A stretch of 64,000 nucleotides of DNA from Hemiscyllium ocellatum (Eukaryota), in assembly GCF_020745735.1 (NCBI RefSeq), contig NC_083445.1:7068001-7132000 (forward strand). The letters are read 5' to 3'. The translations under genes and the position numbers were made by a program. Numbering within the stretch: the first letter of the stretch is position 1; each line of letters starts with the position of its first letter. The notes beneath the pieces are model-generated. The model saw only the letters and a program-made list of their open reading frames with translations. It was not told the origin of the DNA and searched no databases. Below, one piece after another: positions 1-15,200 of this stretch.

Positions 1-111
1 CAGAACAGTTGTTAAACAGCTCACTGGTACTCTACAAAGCATCGAGTCACTCACATACTTCATTGTAATAAAACAAAATAACTTGAAGAGTGGATACTGA
101 AGGAGCATTAC

Positions 112-245
112 CTGTGTTTTAGGAGCAGGGAAACCCAGAATAAGGCTGCCACAAAGAAAAACCCAGACATCACTAGATACAGCAGAGGCAGGGGGAACTC
201 GCCAGCTGAAAGGTAGGTCCTCGGATTCCTCGCCGTTATGTCAAT
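112..245 (-). CDS. GPR108: GPR108-like exon 9 (IDITARNPRTYLSAGEFPLP...TM1...LLKH+R)
   Basis: cacag acceptor, gtaatg donor, NP..YLSAGE.PLP motif plus first TM helix. Confidence 0.93.
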
Positions 246-3200
246 CTGTGAAGGAAAGTCTGAAGTGCTAAAGTACAGACTGTTGACTTTAAGGAAAAAA
301 AATGAATGACAATAGCAAATAATAAGAACCATCTGAGCTCCACTTATGCGCTGCCCGGTGTGTACCCAAGCTGGAATATAGTAGGTTTGAGCTTTTCAGG
401 AAGTTACTTTGATTAGCATGCCATCTGGACTTTGACACACTATCCTCACAACAGTACTTCATCTCATCTCAACTCACTAGTTTTTCAGCCCCAATACCTC
501 CTATGTATTTCTGTTACAAATACAAATAACAAGTTATTTTCAAACAAGATTATATAGGTCATTCAGAGTTAGAGTGTAGTTTCATTACAGATCACCCAGG
601 GAGTCAGAGTTGCTGTATTTGACATGTATATGTAGTCTGGGGGATGGAGAGATCTAAAAATGTTCCTTTACCTCTACCTCTCTCCCCCCGCCACAACGTG
701 GATAACCAGGAATCTCTCTGGTCTTACCACCTGCTGTTGGAGTGTTGGAAGAATTTGCAGACTGATACTCAACATGTTCGGCACGTTATATGTGGACCAT
801 CCTTGGCCATCATGGTTGGGCTTGGACTTGAGCTCCAAAAGGCTCGAGCTCAAGGGCACTACCACTTATCCACACAACCCTGCGTAGCTGGCACCAACAA
901 TTAAGAGTCAACCTTCGGAAAACTAAGATTACCTGATGTTGGCACCTGTCACAGTGAGAAGCCAATTAAGCGTGTTTTATTTAACATGCACATTCCAATT
1001 TGCATGAACTGCAAAGACACTAACTAGGAATTGAGCAAAAAATTTTATGGAACACAAGAGGCAATGGTGGGATCATAGGCAGCCGCTCAACCCCCCCCCC
1101 CTTGAGCTTACTCCTGTATTCAACCCGACCAGAACTGATCCGTATTTTAATTCTATCTACCTTCCTTGGTTTGTTGGAAAGCTAGAAATTTAAAGGCAAT
1201 TGAGGAGAAATCGATCTCCCATTTCCCCTTCCCCGTGACCTTCAACAAACATACTTACTGTCATGTCAAATGCAACAGCGTGTTTTTTCTCTGAAGGGAT
1301 CTTATGACAGTTGTGGAAGCTGAGTGTATAAAGACCTTCCTCTGCTGGGCTTAGAACCTTCACGAAGAACTGCGTGGAAGAATTACAAAATGGTACTAAG
1401 ATCGATACATATCTCTGGAAGCAATCAAGTTTTGTGAAGAAAAGATTCTTACATTGAAGGTGTAGCTTGCATTTACGTAGAGCAGTTCAAAAACTTCCTC
1501 GTTCTTTTCAGCTTTGCTCTGCAGAAGAAACAAATTTGATATAAGATACTGCAAAACACTTAATCCAGCACAGAAACTGACAGAACCACCATCCTAACTT
1601 TGTTACTGAAGCAAATAATCAGGGAGCAAACGGGTGACTGCACTATGGACAACTGCCACACACCCAACTTAAGGGTAAAAAGTGAGGTCTGCAGATGCTG
1701 GAGATCAGAGCTGAAAATGTGTTGCTGGAAAAGCGCAGCAGGTCAGGCAGCATCCAAGGAACAGGAAATTCGCCGTTTCGGGCATAAGCCCTTCATCAGG
1801 CTTATGCCCGAAATGTCGAATTTCCTGTTCCTTGGATGCTGCCTGAGCTGCTGCGCTTTTCCAGCAACACATTTTCAGCACACACCCAACTTAAACCTAG
1901 CCAAGCCCTTCGAACAGAAAGGTCACCCACTTCACCAGCTTTAGAGACTAACATTCAAAATGCATCAACAAGAAAACTGATGATCTACTGTTTACCTCAG
2001 CGCTGCTTTTGGTATCTTGCCTTATGCAATATCCCTACATTATGAAGCAATTGCATTTCGAGACACACAGTATTTTATTGAACTATAGTGAACTTCATAG
2101 ATTTCAAAGAAGTCTAAGAGGGGAGTTTGTTTCTACAGCTCAGGATCCCCCAGGTTCTCATCATTAATTAAAAGGAGTTATGTATTACACCTACACCACA
2201 CCAATAAAGTTCAACCTGGTATTAATAAAAAAACTGCACTGACAATTTCAATCTGTACTCCCTACTAGAATGCTAATTAGGCTCCACTGCTACTCCCTTC
2301 AAAGCTTTCTTGTTCTGCTCTGGCTCCAGCTCTCCACATCCTGAGAGAGGGTGAGATTGTAAAGGAGAGAGCAAGGGAGCACTTTCACAAACCAGACGAA
2401 TGCATACATACTCAACTCAACTATTGTCACTTTGTGGGTCAAAAGGCCTCCTCCAGTGCCGTACATTTTTATAACTCAAGGACCTAGTCACAGCTATGCC
2501 CATGCAAATGAATCTGACCCGCTCACTTCCTTCAGCTTGGAAATACTCATCCACAGAGACAATTCCCAGCTCCACTGCCAGACGAGGAGACGTACCAACC
2601 CAAAACATTTCCAAGTCTGGAGGCGGTAAAACGAGGCTAGTAATTCCACACAGTGTCTCTGTGACTCCCCTCTCCTGCCTTTCTCTGACACATCAGAACA
2701 ACCCTGCTCCCCCATCCTCACCCACCACCATATTTTCCACAAATGGTAACTTTAAATATCTGGTCAGTGCCATCTTTCCCAGGCAACCCCTTCCAATAAC
2801 AGCACCCATATATAATCTGCAGACAACCATCAAATTTGACCAAGGACCTCATGAAAACATTGATTTGACTTAATCAGTCACAACAAAATCAAGAAACCCC
2901 AAGAACTATTTCATACAACAGGACAGATTCTCAGATACAAATGAACAGTTGGTTAGGAAAAGCTATCTCCCTAATCTGGTAGGTGTCAGGGTCACTAGTT
3001 TGAGTCCAACTGCATTCTCTGGTTAGATAGAAGGTAACCATGCCAGTGCTGATACTCAGAGTAACCATTTTCTCTGAAGTAGAATTTGAACCTAAACATT
3101 TGATGCAATTGTAACGCTGCAGAGACCAACCTCTTTAACCGGCTGCACTTTTCCTTTTGACGCTTCTTTGGCCTTGCTTTGATCGGTTTCTCTTTTCCGT

Positions 3201-6200
3201 CTCGTCTTTGAACCTAGTGAAACACAATTTCAGCATGATGCCATACCTCAAACATGAGCAAGGTGACAAGGAGAATAGCTAGGCCAGGCCTAACCAGCAA
3301 CTTTAAATCTGGACGCTAGCAAGCGATAGAAAAGCTAACCAGCAAACTCCTCCAGCTTCTTCGGGCGCCAGGTACACAGAGACAGCGTGGAAACAAACCC
3401 TTGGCTCCAACTTGCCCATGCCAAACAAATATCCTACATTAATCTCACCCCATTTACCAGCATTTGATGAGAACTCATTGACTGAGGTAAAAAAAAAAGG
3501 AAAATAGAGGTCCCCTTGTTGGGAGTTTTCTATAGGCCTCTGAATAGTTCCGGAAACGGAGAGAGAGGAGAGGATTCTGGTTAAGAGTAAAAGAAACAGG
3601 GTAGCTGTTAGAGGCCCAACTTTCCAAATATGGACTGGAAATGCTACGGTTAGACTACTTTAGATGGGTCAGTTTTTGTCCAAGGTGTGCAGGAGGGTTT
3701 CCTGACTCAGTATATAGACAAGCCAAAAATAGGCGTAGCCACATTACCCAGTACCAAATCCAACGAACCAGGCCAGGTGTTAGATTTGGATGTAGGTGAG
3801 CACTTCGGTGATAGTCACTACAATTCAGTTATGTTTAGTGATGGAAAGGGATAGGTACATAACGCAGGGAAAGATAATTATGATTAAATTAGGCAAGTTT
3901 TGGGATGCACAAGATGGGGAAGGAAACCCAGGGGATGGGCACAACAGAAATACGGAGCTTGTTCCAGGAACAGCTGCTGCGTGTCCTTGATAAGTCAGGC
4001 AGAGAGGAAGTGGCCGAGAGAGTGAGCTGTGGTTTACTAAAGTTGTGGAATCTCTTGGCAAGAGGAAGGAGGCGGCTTATGTAGAGAAGAGGTGTGAAGG
4101 CTCAGCTAGGCCACTTGAAAAGTTACAGGTTAGCCAGGAAAAAGAGTGCCAAGAAGAGCCAGACGGGGACATGAGAAATCTTTTGCAGGTAAGATCACGG
4201 AAAATCCTAAAGCTTTGTATAGGTATGTCAGGAATAAAAGAGTGACTAGATTAAGATTAGGGCCAGTCAAGGACAGCAGTGGGAAGTTGTGCGTGGAGTC
4301 CTAAGAGATAGGAGAGGCGGTAAATAAATATTTTTTGCCGTTTTCACACAGGAAAAAGACAATGATGCCGAGGAGAATACGGAGATACAGGCTACTAGAC
4401 TAGACAGAATTGAGGTTGATAAGGAGGTGGTGTTAGCAATTCTGGAGAGTATGAAATAGATCAGTCCCCTAGGATTTATCAAAGGATTCTTTGGGAAGCT
4501 AGGCAGGAGATTGCAGAGTCTTTAGCTTTGATCTTTATGTTGTGGTTGTCTACAGGAATGGTACCAGATGACTGCAGAATAGCAAATGTTGTCCCTTGTT
4601 CAAGAAGGGGAGTAGAGACAACCCTGGCAATTATAGACCAGTGAATCTTACTTCGGTTGTGGGTGAAATATTGGAAAGGATTATGAGGGGATTTATCATC
4701 TAGAAAGGAATAAGTTGACTATGGATAGTCAACATGGTTTTGTGAAGGGTAGATTTTGCCTCGAGTTCTTTGAGATGGTGACCAAACAGGTGAATGAGGA
4801 TAAAGTGGTTGATGTGGTGTATATGGATTTCAGTAAGGCGTTTGACAAGGTTCCCCATAATAGGATATTGCAGAAAATACAGAGTCATGGGATTGAGGAT
4901 GATTTAGCAGTTTAGATCAGAAATTGGCGAGCTGAAGGAATACAGAGGGTAGTAGTTGATAGGAAATGTTCACCCTGGAGTTCAATTACTCATTGTGTAC
5001 TGTTTTGGGGCCACTGCTATTTGTCATGTTTATAAATGACCTAGATGAGGACTTAGATAGGTTAGTACATTGCAGATGACAAAATTGGTGCAGTGGTGGA
5101 CAACGCGGAAGGATGTTACAGAGAAACAAAGATAAGCTGCATAGCTGGGCGGAGAGATGGCAAATGGAGTTTAATGCCAAGAAGGGAAGGGTTTCTCTTT
5201 GGAAGTAGTAACAGGGGTAAAGAGTCCTAGGCTAATGACAGGATTCTTGGTAGTGTGGATGAGCAGAGAGATCGGTGTCCATGTGCATAGATGCCTGAAA
5301 GTTGCCAATCTAGTTGATACGCTTTCTTAACAATCTTATTGTGTGTTAGCTTTTATTGGTAGAGGGATAAGTTTCAGGGCCATGAGGCCATGTTGCAGTT
5401 GTACAAAACTCTGGTCCGGCCACACTTGGGAGTATTGCGTACAGTTCTGGTCACCGCATTATAGAAAGGATGCAGAAACATTGGTAAGGGTGCAGAGGAT
5501 ATTTACCAGGATGTTGCCTGGTATGGAGGGAAGGTCTGGAGGAAAGGCTGAGGAACTGGAGGTGACTTAATTAAGACACAGAAAATGATCTGAGGATTAG
5601 ATCGGGTGGACAGTGAGTGCCTTCTTCCTTGGATGGTGATGGCTATCACGAGGGCTGATAGAGAAAGGACAGAACGGTGTCACAGTGGTTAGCACTGCTG
5701 CCTCACAGCGCCAGGGACCTGGGTTCAATTCCTGACTCAGGCGACTGACTGTGTGGAGTTTGCACGTTCTCCCCGTGTCTGCGTGGGTTTCCTCCGGGTG
5801 CTCCGGTTTCCTCCCACAGTCCAAAAATGTGCGGGTCAGGTGAATTGGCCATGCTAAATTGTCCGTAGTGTCAGGTAAAGGGTATATGTAGGGGTATGGG
5901 TGGGTTGTCGCTTCGGCGGGTCGGTGTGGACTTGTTGGGCTGAAGGGCCTGTTTCCACACTGTAAGTAATCTAATAAAGGGCAGCACGGTAGCACAGTGG
6001 TTAGCACTGCTGTCTCACAGCGCCTGAGACCCGGGTTCAATTCCCGACTCAGGCGACTGACTGTGTGGAGTTTGCACATTCTCCCCGTGTCTGCGTGGGT
6101 TTCCTCCGGGTGCTCCGGTTTCCTCCCACAGTCCAAAGATGTGCAGACCAGGTGAATTGGCCATGCTAAATTGCCCGTAGTGTCAGGTAAGGGGTAAATG

Positions 6201-9200
6201 TAGGGGAATGGGTCTGGGTGGGTTGCGCTTCGGCGGGTCGGTGTGGACTTGTTGGGCCGAAGGGCCTGTTTCCACACTGTAAGTAATCTAATCTAGATGG
6301 CAGAGGTAGGTTCTTCAGAGAGCAGTAAGGGCGGGGAATCTCCGGCCTGTAACAATAGTAGACTCAACAACTTTGGGAATCGACATTTCAAGCATAAGCT
6401 CTTCATCAGGAATTCCTCATTCCTGATAAAGAGCTGATGCTTGAAACATCGATTCTCCTCCTCCTTGAGCAGCTGGGCTTTTCCAGCACCACACACTCTA
6501 CTCTGATCTGCAGTCCTCACTTTCTCCCTCACCAAATGTAAGGGCATTTAAATGGTCATTGGATAAACATATGGATGATAATGGAACAACGTAGGTTAGA
6601 TGGGCTTCAGATTGGTTTCACAGTTGACAACATTGAGGGCTGATGGGCCTGTATTGCACTGTAATGTCCCGTGTTCTATTTGGCCCATATCCCTCTCACC
6701 CCTTCCTGTCCAAGTACCCATCCAGATGCCTTGTAAATTGTATCCACCACTCCCTCTGGCACCTCATTCCACACAAACACCACCATCTGCATGAGTAGAC
6801 TGGCCATTAAGTCCCTTTTAACTCTTTCTCCTCTCACTTTAAAACTTGTCCCTCTAGTTTTGGATTCCCCAGCTTTGCAAAAACGACCTTGACTATTCAC
6901 CCTATCCATGCCCCTCACGATTTTATATACCTCTATAGAAGTCATCCCTGGCCTCCAGTACTTCAGGTTAGGTGTTAGCGAGGTTCAGGTATCAATCTCT
7001 CATCAGTGTTCAGAATTACTAAAATTGCTACAGTGTGGAAACAGGCCAGTCGGTCCATCCTGTCCATACCTAGAACCACTCCCTTCCCTTCTCTCCATAG
7101 CCATGTGTATTGTGTTCTTTCGGATAAAACAAATCCCTTGGAGTTGAGACCCCTATTTCTTAACTTGTACTAAGTCCTGGTCCTCGATCGCTGCTGGGTG
7201 CTGGTCTTGATTTTAAAAATTCTCAACCTCGCTTTCAAATCCCTGTGTGGTTTTGTGCCTCCCTAATCTCCTCCAGCACCACAACCCTTCACGACATAAT
7301 CATTCCTCTAAAGCAGAGGTGTTGTGTATCCCTGAACGTAATCGTTTTACCATTGGTGGTCATGTCATCTGATTAGACTCCAAGCCCTGGAATTCCCTTC
7401 CATCGCATCTCCACCCCCACCTTATTTGCCTCCTTTTAAACATTCCTCAAAAAACTACTTATTCAAGCTTTATCTCCTCACAAGGTTTGTTTTATAATGC
7501 TCCTGTGAGCACCTTCAGACCTATCGGTATGTTAAATTTGCTATATAGATTCTTGCAGCCACGGTAAATGCCTCAGTAGAGTATTGTGGGACACAGCCTG
7601 GGTACCATCTTCTACAAAACATTCAATAGCAGTCCATCTATGGTGGACATGAGAGACTTCGTGCACTGCCCCTTGTCCTCCTTGAACAGTCTCTCAATAT
7701 CATGGCAAAACATTAGCCAACACTACCAAAATGAATTAGGTGGTCACTGATTCACCTTGCTGTGGGCAGGAACTTCCAGTGTACAATTTGGTCACTATGT
7801 CCCTGCAGTAGCACATGTCAAAAGTATCATACTGCCTATGAAAACATTGAGACATCCTGAGAACATGAAAGACATGAATAAAGATGCAAACTATCTCTTC
7901 CCTTTTACACCTAGTATGAAGTAAATGTTATCCAGTGAACTATTGTTGAAGGACAAGAGCAAAGTCAGTATTTTCTGCTCATAAATTAGGATCAGCCATT
8001 CACATTAACACAATTGCATGACCACAGTAACTGCTAGACATTCTTTGTAATATTCACAACAACAGTGGATTACTGCTCGTGAATCTGGGTCATGGCAAAA
8101 GACTACCACAGTCAAAGGAGAGCTAGCACCTCTGAGAATTTAATGTCTTGTGGAATTCCCCAGCACTACTTTGCTCGATTACAGCACTGGAGCAGGATGC
8201 AGAAACCCCGCTACATCTCATGCATTGAGGGAGATTGCGGCATCCGAAACTTACAACACTGCATGCTATTCCTCACTGTTGATAGAGAGACTGCCAGAAT
8301 CCAAGAGGCGACTGGTAGTGGTTTTCACACAAGGTCATTGTACTTCTTTTTTAAAATGTCCAATTTAATTGCAATGCAGCCATGATTTAGAAACTCCACC
8401 CCCAGATCAAAGCTAAGTTAACATTTCAAGTTTCCTCCAAATATATCAATACTGCTTCAAACAAACTGCTGCACACATCAGCAACTGAGAGAGGGGAATA
8501 AAAAAATTAGAGCCTGTCTGTGTACTTTCTTTCTTGGAAAATACAAGTCATAAATCTGATGACCAGATTTACCATTCTTGTCTTTTTGGTCTGTTCCTTT
8601 TGACTCCTGGCTCTTTGCCTGTTTATCATCTTTCTTCGCAGCCGGTGCATTTTTCGTTTCAGAGTTCTGTTGATAATCCGGTCCCACTATCCACAGCTTT
8701 TTCTGTCCACCTTGTTTCTTCATGAAAACTCTGTTGACATAGGATTTCAGCATTTGACTTTCAGCATTATTAATACCAACTCTGACACAACACTTTGACT
8801 TTCAATGTTTTTTTTCACCATGGGGATAAGACTCAGGGAGATGGTGATCCAGTTGTGATGTCAATGGAAGTGTGAATCTAGAGACACAGTTAATGCTCTG
8901 AAAATAGGGTTTAAAACAAATTCTACCAGTTGCTTTAATTGAAGTTCAATTAATAAATTTGCAATGTAAAGATGTGGGGTGGGAGAACAATACTTTAAGG
9001 ATGGGTGGGGAGGGGGGAGCGGTGGAGAGAGAAACCCTGTCAAGGCTAAGAGGAGGAGAAATCTCTTCATCCAGAGTGGTGAGCCTCAAGCTTTTAAAAG
9101 ACGGAATCAGAGAACAGGCCTTCTTTCCACAAGAAGTCAAATGTATCACCACATCAAGTCAAAACACTTAGAAGACATGACTAAAGTGTCCAGAGTATAG

Positions 9201-12200
9201 AATATACAGAGGAACCTCGATTATCCGAACGACACGGGCAGGGAGTGTTATGTTTGGATAACAGTTTAGCCAAGCATCGGGACCTTGTTCGGATAATTCG
9301 AATGCCAGATGATCAAGGTTCCTCTGTAATCCCTTCCACATGGAATACAGACAATTTTCGCATGAGGCAGAACTTACTTTTTCTGTGTTAGATCAAATTT
9401 GAAGAGGGTGAGGGAATCCCCGGAAGAACTGTTGTATTTCTCGAGCAAACACGCATCAGACTCATCTACCTGTACCAGAAACATAACCTTGTTATTTCAG
9501 GCAGACATGTTAGAAAAGTATTTGAAATTACCATCAGGCCTGCAAAGCCTTTTTTTCCATTGTCAGAAAGGAAAGTTACTGTTGGAGGTGGGACTATCGG
9601 GTCCGGAAAGTTCACCTGAAACAACTGCAGCTCATGCAGTGGACTAAGTGGCATAAGCAACAAATGACATTGTACAGCACTCAGTAAACCCTCACTGCCC
9701 TTAAAGCAGACAGTCGCATCAATTTTAACGAAGGCTCGTTTAGTGAAGTAATGCCAACAATTTAGAGAGTGCCAGCTGTCGTTCGGTGAGGTAGGTCCCA
9801 CTTAAAGTCAGAAGCCTACGAAATCAAGTTGCACTCAGAGGTTGGAACACAACCCACTGCCCTAAGTCACAAAGAATGTGGTGTATAAGAACTTCCTTTA
9901 ACAATACTCACTGTATACGCAGCCACACCATCAGTCTTCGTTTTTGAAAGGCTAAACCCCATCTGGTGTATGAAAGGAGTCAGAAAACAATCAGCAAGAT
10001 AATTTTTTTAAAAAATCAAACACAGATACGAGATCATCTTGCTAGTGGTCGAGAAATCATATTTAGCACAAAGGTCATTTTCCACATGAACCGAAGCAGA
10101 CCCAGCCTCCCCAAATTGAATTTGCATCTTGTAACAATATTACTCAAGGAAGGACACAGAGAGACAAGAGCTGTGGGGCTACGGTCTAACCTTGCAATTT
10201 ACCAACTTTAATAACACCGAAGTGCGGGAAGATCAAGAAAGGAGGGGGAGTCACTTGGTGGGCAGGGATAGAGAAACCCTGAGGAGAAGCAGTCCGTAAA
10301 GGTGTGATGAAAGGGAGTCGAATTATGCAAGTTTGTCTTCAGGACGGTCAAGACAGACCTGATAGGTCAAGTGGCTTTGTATTGTGCTGTGGCAATTTTA
10401 TAACCGAGCTGCTGCTGATCTTTCCTTCATGATTCTCTCACTTGCATTACCCTTGAATGTTTGCCCTTCCATTCGGACTGGCCTACCTCTGTCTTTCTAA
10501 CATGGATCTTTAGTTTCTGTGCCTCACCATTTGCATCCCCAACTATCTCCTATTGCTCCGTCATAATGACTTGTTGACTTTCGATTACTAAAACACACTT
10601 TTGTAACAACAATTTCTGAAACCTCTGCTACCAGGTCATGACCAGACTGACAATCCCTTCTCCTTCTGGGGCAGTTTGTGACACATTCACAAACTCTGCT
10701 TCCCAACCAACGACCTGCCAGGTTGAAGTCTAGTGAAAGATCATGCGATGATCTGACCTCTTTCTTCCCAGGTTGGATGGCCGTGGGACCGAGGCCCATG
10801 CTTCACTCTGATCAAAAACGAAAAGGCTGACACCTCAGCATAGTGCTGATGAGAGTGCTGCTTCTCCAAAGGAGATACTATACAGATGATGAATGTTGAA
10901 GATCCCATGGCGAGTGGTTGCACAGCCACACGGAGGGTCTGCGTTTTGAAATGGTACTATTTCTAAAAGCTGAAAATGTGTTGCTGGAAAAGCGCAGCAG
11001 GTCAGGCAGCATCCAAGGAGCAGGATGCTGCCTGACCTGCTGCGCTTTTCCAGCAACACATTTTCAGCTCTGATCTCCAGCATCTGCAGAGCTCACTTTC
11101 TCCCACTGTTTCTAAAAGCCGACATTTAAATAGGGATTTTCATGTTCACCGGATATCTCAAAGGATTTTTACAGACAAGGAGTTACTCTGAAACATCACT
11201 GTAGTTATGTTGGAAATGACTAAGATGTACAAGCAGAAGGTGGTCCTTTGGCCCCGTCTCAACATTGCTTTCTTATCTTTTCGCCATAATCAGTCAGGGA
11301 ATTGATGGTTAAAAAAAAATCTCTCAGCCTTGAAGAAACCGAACAGCCCAATCTCTCTGATAAAGAAATCCCTGAAGTGTTGCCACAGCTGTAACGTAGG
11401 AAACAGCATGCAATTTACACAGAGCAAACGTCCACAATGGGCTAAGGACAAGGAGCGAGCAATTCAAAGAAAATTAAACAAACTCTCCTTGGTGCCTTGG
11501 CAAAGTCACCTCTGAATCAAGATGACTAAGAACAGAATCTCTAGTTAATTTTCACGTTGTTGTTTGTGGGCGTTTGCTGTGCACAAAATAGATGCTGCAC
11601 TTCCTATGGCACCTTGTGGAAGGCAATCACTTTCATTAGTTAAGATCTTTGACCATTTTTGAAAGTTGCTATATTACAAAAATGCAGATTTTCTTTTGTT
11701 CCAACTACTCACTTTCAGATTTGACACATTTCCAAGCTTCCTTCTACCATTTGCTATTGTAGCCTTTGATCAACTTTATCCCCATACCAGCACTCACCAC
11801 TTGGAGGCAGGGCACTCTATAGCATCCTGTATCCACACAGCTCAGATGGACCAACAGGTAAGCGTGCATGCACGCACACAAACTTTGGGGATTGCATTTA
11901 AACTGAAGTACACATTCTCCAAACAAAGTGGAACTGGAGAGCTAGCAACAAGCAATTCTCTTTTCTGTCTGAATAAACCAACCAACAGGATGGTGGCCAA
12001 AGACCTCCCTGAGCAAATATTGAACCCACAATTACTGGCCAGCTAGCCTGCAGGGAAATATGCTTTCAGTATACAAGGGGTGCTTGTCAAATTTATGAAC
12101 ATTTGACTTATGGACACTTGCACTTACAAATTCAACCCCTTGTAAGGGGTGCAATTTTGAAGACCCTACACCCAAACAGTTCCTGTACTTATAAACAGCT

Positions 12201-15200
12201 GCCTTTCATTATCCTGCATTCTGTTCCAACAACTCGGGTACAAATACTCTTGCAAACAGAGTCCAAGATGGAGCCCATTCGCAAGCCAGGGATGGCCTGT
12301 ACACTTTTCTCACACAGCACGAGTTTCCAGAAGCTTGAGGGTGTATGGATTAGGTAGAAAAGATCGCTTTATTTTTGTACAACCCTTCGTGCTCATTTTC
12401 AATTGCAACTCTGGCACATGGGGCTCCAGGGATACAACGAGGTAACATTGCAAGGCCAAATTAAAGTTTGACTGCTTCCAGTACCAACCACAGAAACCAG
12501 TTGGAACCAATGTCTCAGCCAGGGCCTGAATTGGGATGACCAACCACTCCAATCCTTGGTAATGTTCGACTCAATACATCAAGAAGTGAGGACAGCAGGT
12601 GCTGGAGATCAGAGTGGAGTGTGGGGTGCTGGAAAAGCACAGCAGGTCAGGCAGCACCTGAGGAGCAGGAGAATCGATGTTTCGGGTATAAGCCCTTTGT
12701 CAGGAATTCTTGAAGAAGGGCTTTTGCCCGAAATGTCGATTCTCCTGCTCCTTGGATGCTGCCTGACCTGCTGAGCTTCTCCAGCAACACACTCTCGACT
12801 TCCTCAACAAGTCAGCTTTGAAAGCTTAAAATAGGGAATCAACTCTTGGCTACACCCAAGTACAGTGATCAGAAATGGACTACATTTAGCTCCAAGTCTG
12901 CTATGAACTCCACCAGAGTCTAACAACTAATGGGGGAATATTAAATGACACTTCTTGCCAACCCAACTGTTTAGTGACTTCCATGCACACTTCTACATAT
13001 CGTGTTGTATGAGAACAGTGTGGGGAAATCCAATCTTTCAAATTGCTTTTATGGCTATAATTCAAAATGGTTACTTTAGGCAAAATACAAGCGCATAACA
13101 TTCTTCTCCTGAACAGGATGAACCAAGTCAGGCATTTTACTTTTTAATTCTTTGAGGGTACAGCATCAGCAGTTGTTACCTAATGCCCATTAAGCCTGGA
13201 GAAGATGGTTGTTAGCCATTTACAGGACTGCCCAGCAGCAGGGGGAAGCTTGGACAGGGGCAGGGAGGTCATTTCAAACTAAGCTTCGAACATTCGAGTA
13301 AGTCAGGACATTATTACTGTGGCACAGCGTTGAGATGGATTTCTAAACTACATTGCATTTCACCAAAACAACTCACTATGATCTTCCTCAAGTCAAGAGC
13401 TGTCTTTAATCGAAGATTCGTGAGGTTGACCTCCAAAGTCCCATTGGTGTTGAAGCCAAAGGTGTTCAAATGAACTTTCGATCTGGTGTCATCCTGAAAC
13501 GAGTAAAAATGAGATTAGCCCAGGGAGACATACTTATAGACTCGAAATATCATGCAATTCAAGGCTATCGGCCAAATGCAGATAAGTGGAATTGGTGAAA
13601 TTCAGTCAAATGGCTGAAACTCTTCTGCGCTGTATGACTCTAGATCATAGCATTTTAACCTGGATTTCATAGCCTCTAAGGGTCAGACAGATCGAGAAAC
13701 TCAATTCCATTTCCAAGAGGGATCGGCTGAGAAAGCTAGTCAGGAGAAAGCCACTTTTTTTTTTAAAATATTAACTGATAAATAACATTGAACAATCTCT
13801 CTGGTTCCTTAAAAATTCATGTTATGACTGCAGAACAAAAAAGAAAATTGATGCGGAAAATTTCTGTTTCCCCCTAGCCCTGTGGTTCCTTCGAAGTGCA
13901 CCATTTTCAATCAGATTTATTTTTCATTCCTTTGTACGACCTCATTAGGATTCCGCATGTCTCAGTGAGGATGGTCCAATCAGGTGGAGTCTCGTACCTT
14001 GTCATGTTCACAGTCACCCTTCAAGGTCACCACACTGGATCAGGTGCCAGATCTGTCTCATTTTGATGGATCTCAAGTTTACAGACAGTAAATCCACTGA
14101 CAACTTTGAAGGAACGCACAAAAACAAATTGCTGGAGAAATCCAGCCGGTCTGGCAGGCTCTGTGCTGAGAAAACAGTTCGCGTTTCCAAGTCCGGTGAC
14201 CCTTCAAAATGTTGACTGATTTTTCTCCACAGATGCTGCCAAACCTGCCGAAACTCTCCAGCAATCGCAGTTCTTTGCTTTACTTTAGATAAATTTAAGG
14301 AGTGTCTTGAAATGTAGCGTAGTGGCATGGTTAGGAAAGAATTCCAGAACATCAGGTCTAAGCTGCTGAAGGCATTGGTAGAGATTTTAAAATTGGACGT
14401 GTACAAGAAATAACAGAGTTAAAAATCACAACACCAAGTTATAGTCCAACAGGTTTAATTGGAAGCACTAGCTTTCGGAGCGACGCCCCTTCATCAGGTT
14501 CTGTGTTACGATCGAGCCCTCCACAATCACCTGATGAAGGAGCGTTGCTCCAAAAGCTAGTGTGCTTCCAATTAAACCTGTTGGACTATAACCTGGTGTT
14601 GTGTGATTTTTAACTTTGTACACCCCAGTCCAACACCGGCATCTCCAAATCAAGAAATGAGGCCATGGCTTCCAAACCGAAATGAGAATTTTTAAACTGA
14701 AGAGGCATCAGATCAGGAGCTAACGGGAATCAACGGTGACGGATGTAACAAGTGAACTGGACTCGATAACAGTCAGGATATTAGCAGGTGAGAAACGGAG
14801 GAGATCAAGTTTACATGGGGAAGTCAGAAGAGAGAAAGAGAATGGTATTTGATAGAAACGTCTCACTCATCCCCCAGAACAGGCTAGCCGAAGGGATTTC
14901 CACTGCTGCTGTTGGTTTGCGTTCAGATCTTAAGGAAGAGCAGGACTCGACTTGGTGACAAGACCCCCAGACTCGTACTCTGCTGTCACATCATCTAGAT
15001 TTAGGAATAGCCTTGTGGCGTTACCACAATAAAATTCCTGTAAACATGCATCACCATGAAAAGCACCCACGTCCACTTCCACAACATCACCCAATACCAA
15101 CACTGCCTCAGCTCAACCAAGGCTACAAATCTCATCTGTCATCTTGCTGTTTGAAGACCTGACTGTTCCTAGACACTCTCAGATTAGTTTGACTCTTTAC

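Noticed and set aside
1673-1878. Palindromes as pre-miRNA genes or classical MITEs
   Set aside because: Many dispersed copies, variable centres, long TSDs and hammerhead cores fit Penelope-derived inverted termini better.
5979-6050. tRNA-like A/B boxes
   Set aside because: SINE head that continues into the V-domain; no complete cloverleaf.
5597-6277. 226-aa ORF with an internal repeat (also 35392..35823)
   Set aside because: Antisense translation of V-SINE copies.
10741-10929. Possible extra GPR108 exon between exons 2 and 3
   Set aside because: No family similarity, resembles a repeat remnant, and exons 2 and 3 already join in phase.
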